Counted from the stretch's first letter, positions 1-10,352 are shown. The stretch: DNA of 64,000 nucleotides from an uncultured Gammaproteobacteria bacterium (GCA_963729605.1 CAVSNY010000007.1:1088001-1152000), one strand, 5' to 3'. Notes: generated by a model not told the origin, from the sequence alone. Made by a program: numbers and translations.

Positions 1-184
1 CTGCACGCCGCAGCAAGTGGCCCAGTTCGATGTCTACACCTGGGTCACCGACAACGGACAATTGTTGCCGAACGCCGTCAGCACGGTGACCGCCGCCGAC
101 GCCAGCGGCAGATACACGATCACTTTGGCCTGGACGCGCCGCGACGGCAGCAATGATCAAGTTTCCATGACGTGGTCGCCATGA
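1..184 (+). CDS. pilV: Type IV pilus modification protein PilV, 3' end (partial)
   Basis: Frame from nt 2 reads CTPQQVAQFDVYTW...LLPNA...YTITLAW...*, a PilV-like C-terminus; TGA overlaps the ATG of pilW (ATGA). Confidence 0.75.
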   Translation, partial: CTPQQVAQFDVYTWVTDNGQLLPNAVSTVTAADASGRYTITLAWTRRDGSNDQVSMTWSP

Positions 185-915
185 ATAATCTGAGAATAAA
201 CACTTCAGGTAAACACCAGCGCGGTTTGACGCTGATCGAATTGATGATCGGCCTCACCTTGGGTTTATTGATGACCGGTTTAATCATTCAGATTTTTCTG
301 TCGAACCGGCAGATTCACCGCTTCGGCGAGGCGATGTCGTTGCTGCAGGAGCAAGGCCGCTTCGCGATGAAAGTGATGAGCGATGATGCGCAAATGGCCG
401 GTTTTCGCGCCGTCATCGTCGGAGCAAACCCCGTGCAGAACTTAACTTCCGCTTTGCCCAACCGCTTGCAGGGCGCTAATAACAGCGGTGTCAATAACAG
501 CGATTCCTTCACCGTGCGTTATGAAAGCGCCAATCCCCGTGATTGCACCGGCGCGGTGGTGGCCAGCCCGGTAATCAATACCTACAGCGTGGCGACCGTC
601 GACGGTCAGTCGGTGCTCACCTGTAACGGCATTCAGCTCATGGATGGCGTGGAGGCTATGCAGGTGCTTTATGGCGAGGATACCGACGCCGACGGGGCGG
701 CCAATCGCTATGTATCGGTCATTCCGGCAAACGTGCTCAATGTGGTGAGCATGCGCATCTCAATACTTATCAGAAGCAGCGAGAGCGTCTCACCGGACAC
801 CGCCGCCCGCACGTACGCTGTGCTGGATCAGCAGTACGGTCCTTTCAACGACAGCCGCCTGCGGCGGGTTTATACCACCACTGTGCAACTACGCAATACT
901 GGATTGGCATCATGA
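181..915 (+). CDS. pilW: Type IV minor pilin PilW
   Basis: Prepilin cleavage motif QRG|LTLIELMI; PilW C-terminal LMDGVEAMQVLYGEDTD...RRVYTTTVQLRN. Confidence 0.9.
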   Translation: MNNLRINTSGKHQRGLTLIELMIGLTLGLLMTGLIIQIFLSNRQIHRFGEAMSLLQEQGRFAMKVMSDDAQMAGFRAVIVGANPVQNLTSALPNRLQGANNSGVNNSDSFTVRYESANPRDCTGAVVASPVINTYSVATVDGQSVLTCNGIQLMDGVEAMQVLYGEDTDADGAANRYVSVIPANVLNVVSMRISILIRSSESVSPDTAARTYAVLDQQYGPFNDSRLRRVYTTTVQLRNTGLAS

Positions 916-1469
916 ATTACCGAATTTTACAGCCGCAACTTCATCGGCAGCGGGGAGCCTCGCTGATCATTGGTTTATTGTTTCTCATCGTACTGACCCT
1001 GCTTGGAGTGACGTCCATGAGCAAGGCGGTGATGGAGGAAAAGGTCGCGCATAACCAGCGCGATACCGCCGTCGCGATGGAATCCGCCGAAAGTGGCTTG
1101 AAAGATATCGAGACTTGGCTGGATAGCCAACCGGTCAGGCCGCTCACCGTGAGCCTGGGTGGTACTTATGTGAGAGATAACGGTGCGTATAACGGACAAA
1201 CGGTCAATACCCAGAGTACGACGTGGTGGCAGAACAACGGAGTGCCGTATGGCACGCTGACTACCAACATGACTCCGTTGCCCAATGTGGCCAGTCAGCC
1301 GCTGATAGTTACCCAGCAAGTGGCTTGGTCGCCCGATACGCTGACCATGGCCACCAATTATGCGGAACAGGCCGGTGTTGCCTATTACGAGGTCAGCGCC
1401 CAGGGCGCGGGTCAAAACGCGGCGACCCGCGTCATTCTGCAAAGTGTTTACGCGAAGCGATTTAACTGA
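912..1469 (+). CDS. pilX: Type IV minor pilin PilX
   Basis: QRG|ASLIIGLLFL lacking Glu5, AMESAESGL, C-terminal ILQSVY; position between pilW and pilY1. Confidence 0.88.
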   Translation: MNYRILQPQLHRQRGASLIIGLLFLIVLTLLGVTSMSKAVMEEKVAHNQRDTAVAMESAESGLKDIETWLDSQPVRPLTVSLGGTYVRDNGAYNGQTVNTQSTTWWQNNGVPYGTLTTNMTPLPNVASQPLIVTQQVAWSPDTLTMATNYAEQAGVAYYEVSAQGAGQNAATRVILQSVYAKRFN

Positions 1470-1480
1470 AGAGGTGTGAC

Positions 1481-4400
1481 ATGGCCATCCGATTCATCCC
1501 CACCTGGCTGACACCGGCCAGCTTCATAGCGGCGAGCGCGATCGTTATCGCCGGATGGTCATTGACCGGGCAGGCCGCCTTGCTCAATCTCGCCACCGCG
1601 CCGCTGTACATGGGCACCAACGCCCAGCCCAATATCGTCTTGATCATCGATGATTCCGGAAGCATGGATTGGGAAGTGATCACGCAAGACGCCAACAACG
1701 ATGGCCGTTTCACCGGTACTCAACCCGACGGCACCAGTCCGTCGGGCAGCGGCAGCGTCAAACATCGCGACGATGATAATAATGGTACGGCGGATTGCAA
1801 TTTCTCCAGTGGGACGTTTTATGGATATATCTACGGTGTGGATTCGCCTTATAACACTTACTCCAACAGCAGCAGTCATTGCAATACGGCGGATGACCAA
1901 GAGTGGCGGTTCCGCAACTCCCAGTTCAATACCCTTTACTTCGATCCCAACCGCACTTACACGCCCTGGGCCGGCGTCGACAGCAGCGGCACTCCCTTCG
2001 GCAACATGCCTATCACCGCGGCCCGCTTGAATCCCTATAACGCCTCGTCGGTAACCATCGATCTCACTACCCGCAGCTCTCGCCGCGGAACTTCCAGTTA
2101 TGGCACCGCCGACCGCGACAACGACGGTCAGCCGGACGGATTCCGTTATTACACCTGGACCGATACCAACGGCAACGGCCGTTTCGATAACGGCGAAGAG
2201 ACGCAGTTCTTGATCAAAAACGCCAGTGCCGCCGTCAAACAGAATTTCGCCAACTGGTTCAGTTATTATCGCAGCCGCGAATTGGTGGCCAAGGCGGCCT
2301 ACGGCCGGGTCATCGCCGAAATCAAAAACGTGCGGATGGGTCTGGTGACCATCAATAATAACAACAGCGTCAACCGTGCGATCGCGGTAATGAACGATGA
2401 TCCCGCCACCGGTAATAAGCGTCTGTTGATGAACGCCTTGTACAGCATCGGCTCCGAAGGCGGCACGCCGTTGCAAACCGCGCTTAACGAGTGTGGAAAA
2501 TATCTCAGTTGCTTGTCCAACTCGCTGTTTTCCGTTTCCGGTTCCGGTTGTCCCGCGCTGTCCAGCGCGCTGGGCGGCAACTGCCAGCAGAATTACTCGA
2601 TCATGATGACCGACGGTTTCTACACCGGCACCGCGCCTTCGGTGGGCAATACCGACGGCGATAACAATACCGCCTTTGACGGCGGCGCCTTCGCCGACAG
2701 CTATAGCAATACCCTGGCCGACATCGCCATGAAATATTATGAGACCGATATTCAACCCGGACTCGCCAATAACGTGGCGATCGTGCCGGGCTTCGATGAA
2801 GCGAGACATCAACACATGGCGACGTATACGGTGAGCTTCGGTCAGCGCGGCACCTTGACCAGCGATCCTCCGGATTATACTTCGCCGTTTGCCTGGCCCA
2901 ATCCCAGCTTGGGGAATGCGCAGAAGATCGATGATTTGCGCCATGCCGCCTTCAACGGCCGGGGCCTGTATCTCTCGGCCAATGACCCGGATGCGCTGGT
3001 AAACGCGCTGCAAGAAGCGGTCGCCGACATCATGGCCCATACCAGCGCGGCGTCGGCCCTGGCCTTCAACACCACCAACCTCACCGCGGGCGCCACCGTT
3101 TATCAAGCGCGCTTCGAGAGTTTGTCGTGGACCGGCCAATTGCGTTATCTGCCGGTTTCCTCCACCGGCGTGATCGGCAATCAAACGGTGGATGCGGCGG
3201 ATTTGCTGCGCACCGCGGTGCCGGGTAACCGGGTCATTATTACCCGCAAGTCCGATACCGGTGCCGGTGTGCCGTTCCGCTGGGCATCGCTGGCCACGGC
3301 CCAACAGACTTTGCTCAACGCCAATAGCAGCGGCACCAATGACAGCAAGGGCTCACAACGTCTGGATTATCTGCGCGGGGTGCGTACCGGCGAGGCGAGC
3401 AACGGCGGCACTTTCCGTGATCGCACGGGCGTGCTGGGCGATATCATCAATTCCGGCCCTGTTTATGTCGGGATACCTGCCTTCTCTTACTCCTTCAACA
3501 ACTATGCAAGTTTCCGTACCGCGAATCTCAATCGCACCCCTATGGTTTACGTGGGCGCCAACGATGGCATGTTGCACGGCTTCGACGCCGTCACCGGCGT
3601 GGAGCGTATGGCCTATGTGCCCGGCGCGATTTACAACCGTCTGGGCCGTCTGACCGACACCAATTACAGCCACCGCTATTATGTGGACGGCACACCGACC
3701 GTGGGCGATGTGTATGTGAACGGGGCCTGGCGCACCATGCTGGTCGGCAGTCTGAACGGCGGCGGCCAGGGCATCTTCGCCCTGGATGTTACCAACCCGG
3801 CGGCATTCAGCGAAGCCAATGCCGCGCAAATCGTGAAATGGGAATACAGCGACACCCATGACGTCGACATGGGTTACAGCTATAGTCAGCCGGTGATCGT
3901 GCGGCTGGCCGATGGCCGCTGGGCCGCGGTATTCGGCAACGGTTACAACAACACCGAATCCGACGGCCGGGTGAGTACCACCGGCGCGGCGGTGCTGTAC
4001 GTGGTCGATATGGCCGACGGCAGCTTGATCCGCAAAATCAGCACCGGCGTCGGTACCGCGCAAGACCCCACCGCCACCAGCCGTCCCAATGGACTGGCGA
4101 CCACCGCGCCGGTCGATGTGAACGGCGACGCCATAGTGGACTATGTCTACGCGGGCGATTTGTTCGGCAATCTCTGGCGCTTCGATTTGAGCAGCGCCAA
4201 TTCCGCTTCGTGGGCGGTAAGCAACGGTGGTCAGGCGCTGTTCGTCGCGCGTTCCAGCGGCGGCTCGCCGCAGCCTCAGCCGATTACCGTGCGGCCGGTG
4301 GTTTCACGGCATCCGACGGATGCCAACAGCTACCTGGTGTATTTCGGTACCGGTAAATATATTGAACAAGGCGATAACGCCACGACCGGCCAGGTAACCC

Positions 4401-5359
4401 AGTCCTTTTACGCCATTTGGGATCGCAATCTCAGCGGCGCCGGCGCCAGCACCGTGCTGCGCAGCACCTTGCTCCAGCAGCAGATCAGCGGCCAAAGTCC
4501 CACCGCCAGCGGCGGCCAGGCGCGAATTACCACGAACAATACCATCGATTGGACTACCCATCGCGGCTGGTATATCGACTTGGTCAACCAAGCGAGCGGC
4601 GTCAACGGCGGTGAGCGGCAAGTCACCGAGGCGATATTGCGCGACGGCACGGTGATTTTCAGCACCTTGCTTCCCAATCCCGAAGTCTGCGGCGTGGGCG
4701 GCGGCAGTTGGCTGATGATACTCAAGGCCGCCGACGGCGCCCGACTGGATAGCTCGGTGTTGGATTTCAATGGCGACGGGGTGATTGACGATAACGATAA
4801 AGTGATGCCGACTTCCAGTGGTTCCGGCAGCACGGCCACCACCACGTCGTGTACCACCAGCACCACCACCAGCAGTACTACCAGCGGCGGGGGGTCCAGC
4901 GGAGGATCATCCAGCCGAGGTGGCCGCCGTGGTGGCGGTGGCGGAGGTTGGGGAGGCGGTGATGACACCACCACCACCACGGTCACCACCACTGTTACCC
5001 AGTGCACGATCAAAAACACCAGTACGGGCACTACGGTCGGCACCAGTACCAGCACCAATACTTGCACAAGGGTCACGACCAACGGTACGACATCGGCCCC
5101 GTCGTGCACGACGACGACCACCACCACGGGCAGCACCGGCGGCGGGGGTGACGGTGGCGGCGGTGGCGTACCGACGGGTAACGCGGTGGTAGGCAGCGGT
5201 AGTTATCAAAACAGTCAGGTGTCGGCGGGCCAGATGCTTAATAACTGTAACGGGCAAACCTGTATCGCCAACAACCACACGAGCGGCGAACCCGAGACTA
5301 ATTCGTTGAATCTGCCCGAGGTGCCGCAAGGCCGGGTTACGTGGCAAAAACTGCAATAG
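1481..5359 (+). CDS. pilY1: Type IV pilus adhesin PilY1 (vWA-like N-terminus plus PilC beta-propeller)
   Basis: Signal peptide, PNIVLIIDDSGSM, GTPL, MMTDG, YVGANDGMLHGF, YYVDG, YAGDLFGNLWRFD, GRVTWQKL. Confidence 0.93.
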   Translation: MAIRFIPTWLTPASFIAASAIVIAGWSLTGQAALLNLATAPLYMGTNAQPNIVLIIDDSGSMDWEVITQDANNDGRFTGTQPDGTSPSGSGSVKHRDDDNNGTADCNFSSGTFYGYIYGVDSPYNTYSNSSSHCNTADDQEWRFRNSQFNTLYFDPNRTYTPWAGVDSSGTPFGNMPITAARLNPYNASSVTIDLTTRSSRRGTSSYGTADRDNDGQPDGFRYYTWTDTNGNGRFDNGEETQFLIKNASAAVKQNFANWFSYYRSRELVAKAAYGRVIAEIKNVRMGLVTINNNNSVNRAIAVMNDDPATGNKRLLMNALYSIGSEGGTPLQTALNECGKYLSCLSNSLFSVSGSGCPALSSALGGNCQQNYSIMMTDGFYTGTAPSVGNTDGDNNTAFDGGAFADSYSNTLADIAMKYYETDIQPGLANNVAIVPGFDEARHQHMATYTVSFGQRGTLTSDPPDYTSPFAWPNPSLGNAQKIDDLRHAAFNGRGLYLSANDPDALVNALQEAVADIMAHTSAASALAFNTTNLTAGATVYQARFESLSWTGQLRYLPVSSTGVIGNQTVDAADLLRTAVPGNRVIITRKSDTGAGVPFRWASLATAQQTLLNANSSGTNDSKGSQRLDYLRGVRTGEASNGGTFRDRTGVLGDIINSGPVYVGIPAFSYSFNNYASFRTANLNRTPMVYVGANDGMLHGFDAVTGVERMAYVPGAIYNRLGRLTDTNYSHRYYVDGTPTVGDVYVNGAWRTMLVGSLNGGGQGIFALDVTNPAAFSEANAAQIVKWEYSDTHDVDMGYSYSQPVIVRLADGRWAAVFGNGYNNTESDGRVSTTGAAVLYVVDMADGSLIRKISTGVGTAQDPTATSRPNGLATTAPVDVNGDAIVDYVYAGDLFGNLWRFDLSSANSASWAVSNGGQALFVARSSGGSPQPQPITVRPVVSRHPTDANSYLVYFGTGKYIEQGDNATTGQVTQSFYAIWDRNLSGAGASTVLRSTLLQQQISGQSPTASGGQARITTNNTIDWTTHRGWYIDLVNQASGVNGGERQVTEAILRDGTVIFSTLLPNPEVCGVGGGSWLMILKAADGARLDSSVLDFNGDGVIDDNDKVMPTSSGSGSTATTTSCTTSTTTSSTTSGGGSSGGSSSRGGRRGGGGGGWGGGDDTTTTTVTTTVTQCTIKNTSTGTTVGTSTSTNTCTRVTTNGTTSAPSCTTTTTTTGSTGGGGDGGGGGVPTGNAVVGSGSYQNSQVSAGQMLNNCNGQTCIANNHTSGEPETNSLNLPEVPQGRVTWQKLQ

Positions 5360-5380
5360 GGAAGCAACAGGAGTCGAGAT

Positions 5381-5707
5381 ATGGTGCGTTCATTGGCAGG
5401 TTTTCTTTTAGCGGTGATGATGTCAGTCGGCGCGGCGCCGGCTTGGACCGCTCCCCCGGCCTACCCCGAGGAGTTCACCCGTACCGGGACCATGGATGAC
5501 AAGGGCCAGGACTATGTGGTCATCAATGACCAGCGTTACCTGCTCTCCAAAAACTTGCGGGTGCATACTCCGCAACGTTCCTTTTCGGTCTTGGCCGATG
5601 TAAAAGTGGGCGACTTCGTGGGCGCCAATGTCACCGGCGAGGGCGGCGGCAAGCTGGGCGTGGTGGAGGAATTGTGGGTACTCCCCAATCTCCGGCCGGT
5701 GCGCTGA
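5381..5707 (+). CDS. Small exported protein, PilY2-like
   Basis: 108 aa with signal peptide and VVINDQRY beta-rich core, lying between pilY1 and pilE. Confidence 0.6.
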   Translation: MVRSLAGFLLAVMMSVGAAPAWTAPPAYPEEFTRTGTMDDKGQDYVVINDQRYLLSKNLRVHTPQRSFSVLADVKVGDFVGANVTGEGGGKLGVVEELWVLPNLRPVR

Positions 5708-5712
5708 CGGCC

Positions 5713-6126
5713 ATGCGCGGCGAGACGGCGGGATTTAGTTTGATAGAGTTGATGATCGTGGTGGTGATCGCCGCAATCCTGGCCATGATCGCCTATCCGA
5801 GTTATCAAAATAAGGTGTATCAAAGCCGCCGCGCCGATGCCCATGCCATGTTGCTGGACGCGGCCATGCGTCAAGAACGTTTCAATAGCGACAATAATAC
5901 CTATACCACCAATTTGACATTGTTGGGTTATGCCTCGAATCCGGCGATATCCCCCGATGGTTTTTATAGTGTCGCCGTCGCGGCCGCCGCCGGCGGTATC
6001 GCCAATGGCTTTACCTTGACCGCCACCGCGCTGGCGCCGCAGACCGGCGATACCCAGTGCGCCACTATCACCCTCACTTCAACCGGCGTGAAATCTTCCA
6101 GTGCCGGGGTGGGCCGATGCTGGTAA
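5713..6126 (+). CDS. pilE: Type IV minor pilin PilE
   Basis: G|FSLIELMIVVVIAAILAMIAYPSY, SRRADA, DTQC...CW. Confidence 0.9.
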   Translation: MRGETAGFSLIELMIVVVIAAILAMIAYPSYQNKVYQSRRADAHAMLLDAAMRQERFNSDNNTYTTNLTLLGYASNPAISPDGFYSVAVAAAAGGIANGFTLTATALAPQTGDTQCATITLTSTGVKSSSAGVGRCW

Positions 6127-6420
6127 ATCCGTTTCGGCACTGATGCGGCATACGGCTGTTCGCGGCCGCACTCCTCCTTTTGCCTCCTCATGAAATCACC
6201 GCCTCGATGCCGGGATCATTCTTATCTTTTGAAGAGGGAAGCGAGGCAACGGTTTCCCCTTTTCACGCGGAGCCCATATTCCATCAATGACGAAGCGCCA
6301 TCCTAGTCGCATGCCGTGTCGCGTCCGCCGACGCGGCGGGGTGATATCCGCCGGCTAGCCTTCCTTGCGCCCCCCGACGTTCACGCGTTGGAAACGGGTA
6401 TCATGTCCGCTGTCCATGTG

Positions 6421-6873
6421 ATGGAGCGTTTTATGTCCCGGCCGGTCACCCCTTTGCTCGCCGCCGATGTGATCATCGAACTCACCGATCGCCCCGGGCG
6501 GCCCCTCGTGCTCATCGAACGCAAATACCCGCCCCACGGTTGGGCGATCCCCGGCGGCTTCGTGGAGGTGGGCGAGCGTCTCGAACAGGCGGCGCTGCGC
6601 GAGGCCGAGGAGGAGACCAGTCTGCGCGTCACCCTCAAGGTTTTGCTCGGCTGTTATTCGGCGCCGGACCGCGATCCGCGCGGCCACACCGTGACCGCGG
6701 TCTACGTCGGCGAGGCGCGCGGTGAACCGCTGGCCCGCGACGACGCCCGGCACCTCGCTTTATTCGCCCTCGATGGTTTGCCCGCGCAACTGGCCTTCGA
6801 TCATGACCAAGTCCTGCGAGACTACCGGCGTTACCGCGAGAGCGGGGCGGTGGCGCCGCTGCGTCTCGCGTGA
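6421..6873 (+). CDS. NUDIX hydrolase
   Basis: Nudix box GGFVEVGERLEQAALREAEEETSL, RDPRGH, LAFDH; start uncertain (6421 or 6433). Confidence 0.88.
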   Translation: MERFMSRPVTPLLAADVIIELTDRPGRPLVLIERKYPPHGWAIPGGFVEVGERLEQAALREAEEETSLRVTLKVLLGCYSAPDRDPRGHTVTAVYVGEARGEPLARDDARHLALFALDGLPAQLAFDHDQVLRDYRRYRESGAVAPLRLA

Positions 6874-6886
6874 GCGCCGCGGCGGG

Positions 6887-7195
6887 ATGGCCAAACCGCC
6901 GCGCGATGATTCCTTCCCCCGTTTCGTGCTGGAACGGCTCGACGCGCTGCCCGCGCTCCATGCGCGCGCCATGTTCGGCGGCCATGGCCTGTCTGTGGAC
7001 GGGCGTTTCTTCGATCTCGTTCGCGCCGCCCTCCTCGTTGGAAAAGGGACGTCATGGCGGCGTGAGCTTTCATCGCAGAGTCATGCTCCAGCCATTGCGA
7101 AGCACGACACATCGGCGCTACCCGCGCCTCACGCGCACCGCCGTCTTTGGGTATACTGCTGCGCCATGAACATGGGTCGCGCCGCCGCGCGCTGA
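6887..7195 (+). pseudogene. TfoX N-terminal-domain remnant
   Basis: SFPRFVLERLDALPALHARAMFGGHGLSVDGRFFDLV resembles TfoX_N; similarity is lost after about 50 codons. Confidence 0.6.
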
Positions 7196-7211
7196 AATCG
7201 AGGATCAATTG

Positions 7212-8324
7212 ATGAGCCGGTTCGAGGGAGAAGGCGACTATCGCCACGGATCGCCGGAATGCCTGGGCGTATTGCTGACCAATCTGGGTTCCCCCGAGGC
7301 GCCCACCGCGGAGGCGGTGCGCCGTTATCTGGCGGAATTTCTGTGGGACCCGCGGGTGGTGGAGATTCCCCGCCCGCTGTGGTGGCTGATCCTGCACGGG
7401 GTGGTGTTGCGCACGCGGCCTCAACGCTCGGCCCACGCCTATCAGCGGGTATGGACCGATGAGGGTTCGCCCCTGCTGGTGATCTCGCGCCGCCAGGCGG
7501 CGGCTTTACAACCGGTGTTGCAGCAACGCTGCGGCGGTCCGGTGCGGGTGGCGCTGGCCATGCGTTACGGCCAGCCGTCCATCGCCGCCGGTTTGCGGGA
7601 GCTGCGCGCCGCCGGCGCGCGCCGCATCATCGTGCTGCCGCTTTATCCGCAATATTCCGGCGCCACCACCGCCTCCACCTTCGATGCGGTGGCCGCGGTG
7701 CTGAAGACCTGGCGCTGGGTGCCGGCCCTGCGCTTCGTCAATCATTATCACGACGATCCCGCTTACATCGCCGCCTTGGCGCGCAGCATTCAAGATCACT
7801 GGCAGCAACAGGGCCGCGGCGAGCGTTTGTTGTTTTCGTTTCACGGCATGCCCAAACGCACCTTGCTGTTGGGCGATCCCTATCACTGCCAATGCCTCAA
7901 GACCGCCCGCCTGGTCGCCGAACGTTTGCAACTGGTACAGGGCGAGTGGCAAGTCACCTTCCAGTCGCGTTTCGGGCGGGCCGAGTGGTTGCAGCCTTAC
8001 ACCGATAAAACCCTGCAAGCCTGGGCCAAGGCCGGCCTGAAACGAGTGGACGTGGTCTGCCCGGGTTTCGCCGCGGACTGTCTCGAGACCTTGGAAGAGA
8101 TCGCCATGCTGAATAAAGAGGCCTTTTTGGCGGCGGGCGGCGAAAGTTTGCACTATATCCCGGCCCTCAACGATCGCGCCGACCATATGGCGTTTTTGGG
8201 AGACCTGGTGCTGCGCAACGCCCAGGGCTGGCCCGAGGCCGATGCGTGGTGGAATGCCGCGCGGCAGGCCGACGAGGCCGAGTCCTGCCGGCGGCGAGCC
8301 TTGGCCCTGGGCGCGGAACGCTAG
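7212..8324 (+). CDS. hemH: Ferrochelatase
   Basis: LLTNLGSP, LPLYPQYS, LFSFHGMP, FQSRFG, WLQPYT, GFAADCLETLEEI. Confidence 0.96.
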   Translation: MSRFEGEGDYRHGSPECLGVLLTNLGSPEAPTAEAVRRYLAEFLWDPRVVEIPRPLWWLILHGVVLRTRPQRSAHAYQRVWTDEGSPLLVISRRQAAALQPVLQQRCGGPVRVALAMRYGQPSIAAGLRELRAAGARRIIVLPLYPQYSGATTASTFDAVAAVLKTWRWVPALRFVNHYHDDPAYIAALARSIQDHWQQQGRGERLLFSFHGMPKRTLLLGDPYHCQCLKTARLVAERLQLVQGEWQVTFQSRFGRAEWLQPYTDKTLQAWAKAGLKRVDVVCPGFAADCLETLEEIAMLNKEAFLAAGGESLHYIPALNDRADHMAFLGDLVLRNAQGWPEADAWWNAARQADEAESCRRRALALGAER

Positions 8325-8677
8325 GTGCAAGCGACGAATTTTCACCCGTCTTTCTTATGTTTCATTTGGAAAATGACGATACCTTGTGTGTCATCATCGG
8401 CTGTGCTCTGATGTGACGGACAGCCGTCGTCGCCGGCGGAGATTCGGCATTGGACGCGGCGGTTTACCGCCACCCGCAGGCCGGCGCGCCATGCCGCGGC
8501 GCGGCCGGACCCGCCGGCAAGCCCGGTTTGACGGTGCTCTAAACCAGGGGGTCGTACTTTAGGCCGGGTGAAAGAGAAAATGGCAGGGACATTGCTTTTG
8601 TCATGGGGCCGGATGGCCGTTCAAGGAGGATGAAGGTGTCGGGAAGGATGAAAAGGCGGATCGAGAGAAGGGGAGTT

Positions 8678-10267
8678 ATGAACAATCGTAGTTTTCACCT
8701 GTTGTCCGCCGGTTTGATCGTGGTCCTGGGCGGTGTAGTGAGTCCGCTTCTGCAGGCCTCGGTCGATCCTACCCCGGTCCATTCCACCGAAGCCGATGTC
8801 CGGCAATCCGAGACTTTTCCTTTTCCCGAGGCCTTGCGCGACCACGTGGCGTTTTGGCGCAGCGTGTTTTCCGAGTGGCGGCAAAGCCAGGTGGCCCTGC
8901 ACGACATGAACTACCCCGGCATCGTCTATGAAGTCGTCGAGCTGGACGGCAAGGTGGGCGACTCGCTCACCGAGACCCAGCGCGAGCAGATCAAACAACA
9001 TCGCGAGCGTTGGGAGTCGCGCCTGCAAGGGATCGCCGCCGCCGAGCGGGACGGCACCGAACTCTCCGACCAGGACCGCGATCTGCGCCAGCGCCTGCTC
9101 AACGCCGGCGGCGCCACCGCGGTGGCCGAGGCCTATTTGCGGGTACGGAGCCAGCGCGGCGTGCGCGAGCGTTTCCGCCGCGGTTTGGAAATCAGCGGCC
9201 GTTACGACGCCGTGTTTCGGCGCGCCTTTCAAGAGGCCGGTTTGCCGGAAGACCTGGCCTATCTGCCCCACGTCGAATCGTCGTTTCAATACCACGCCCG
9301 ATCCTCGGCGGGCGCGGTGGGCATGTGGCAATTCACCCGCGCGGCCGGCCAGACCTTCATGACAGTGGATAAGGCCGTGGATGAGCGGCTCGATCCGGTG
9401 GCGTCGGCGCGCGGCGCGGCGCGTTATCTGAAACACGCCTATCAGCAATTGGGCGACTGGAGTCTGGCGGTCACGTCTTACAATCACGGCATTCAAGGCA
9501 TGGTGCGGGCCAAGGCCGAGTTCGGCACCGACTTCGGCCGCATCGTCAACGAATACAAGGGTAAAGCCTTCGGCTTCGCCTCGCGGAATTTTTACGCCGA
9601 GTTTCTCGCGGTGCGGGAAATCGCCAGCCAGCCGGAGCGTTTCTTCCCCGAGGGCGTGGCCTTCGAAGCGCCCTTGCGCGTCGATCACGTCGTGCTGGAC
9701 AAGCCGGTGCGCTCCCGCGCGCTTGCCAGCCGTTACGGTGTGGCGCATAGCGAATTGGTGAAGATGAACCCGGCCTGGAACGCGCGCGCCAGACGCGGCG
9801 ACATGGCGATTCCCGCCGGGGTGATGGTGACTCTGCCGTCCGGCACCTTGCTGGCCGCGGCGGAGCAGAATACCGCCTTATTGGCCGCCGCCACCCGTAA
9901 AAATGACGACGCCGCGCCGCGCGAGGCCGCGAGCCGGCAGACCAAACTGCACGTGGTGAAGGCCAACGAAACCTTGTCGGGTATCGCCAAGCGCTACAAG
10001 ATCGAGGTGGCGGCCTTGCGCGCCTTGAATGAACTGCCGCCCGATCGGGATATGTTGCGGATCGGCCAGAAATTGAAGGTGCATGAAGAAGGGCAAGTCG
10101 CCGCGGGAGACGACCCGGTCGTGCATGTGGTGCGCAAGGGGGATACGCCCTGGCTGATCGCGAGCAACTACGGCGTGACCGTGGCGGAGCTGCTGGCCAG
10201 CAATCAATTGACCAAACGTTCGGTCATCCGTCCCGGCCAGCGTTTAGGGATACCGGCCAACCGGTGA
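8678..10267 (+). CDS. MltD-like lytic transglycosylase with C-terminal LysM domains
   Basis: SLT motifs HVESSF, GMWQF, SYNHG; LysM repeats HVVKANETLSGIA and HVVRKGDTPWLIA; signal peptide after ATG 8678. Confidence 0.88.
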   Translation: MNNRSFHLLSAGLIVVLGGVVSPLLQASVDPTPVHSTEADVRQSETFPFPEALRDHVAFWRSVFSEWRQSQVALHDMNYPGIVYEVVELDGKVGDSLTETQREQIKQHRERWESRLQGIAAAERDGTELSDQDRDLRQRLLNAGGATAVAEAYLRVRSQRGVRERFRRGLEISGRYDAVFRRAFQEAGLPEDLAYLPHVESSFQYHARSSAGAVGMWQFTRAAGQTFMTVDKAVDERLDPVASARGAARYLKHAYQQLGDWSLAVTSYNHGIQGMVRAKAEFGTDFGRIVNEYKGKAFGFASRNFYAEFLAVREIASQPERFFPEGVAFEAPLRVDHVVLDKPVRSRALASRYGVAHSELVKMNPAWNARARRGDMAIPAGVMVTLPSGTLLAAAEQNTALLAAATRKNDDAAPREAASRQTKLHVVKANETLSGIAKRYKIEVAALRALNELPPDRDMLRIGQKLKVHEEGQVAAGDDPVVHVVRKGDTPWLIASNYGVTVAELLASNQLTKRSVIRPGQRLGIPANR

Positions 10268-10352
10268 TCGTTTAATCGACAGCTGTCCAAACGTGATGAT
10301 TTGGCGATGCCGGCGGTGGTTTTGCCGGCACAATGAGATGTGTCTGTAAGGT

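Noticed and set aside
1559-3304. Long antisense ORFs (also 10272-11567, 15753-17153, 53021-54472, 54462-56198 and others)
   Set aside because: Shadow frames of GC-rich genes with no recognisable motifs.
8345-8600. Riboswitch upstream of the lytic transglycosylase
   Set aside because: Only short GC hairpins; no recognisable aptamer consensus.
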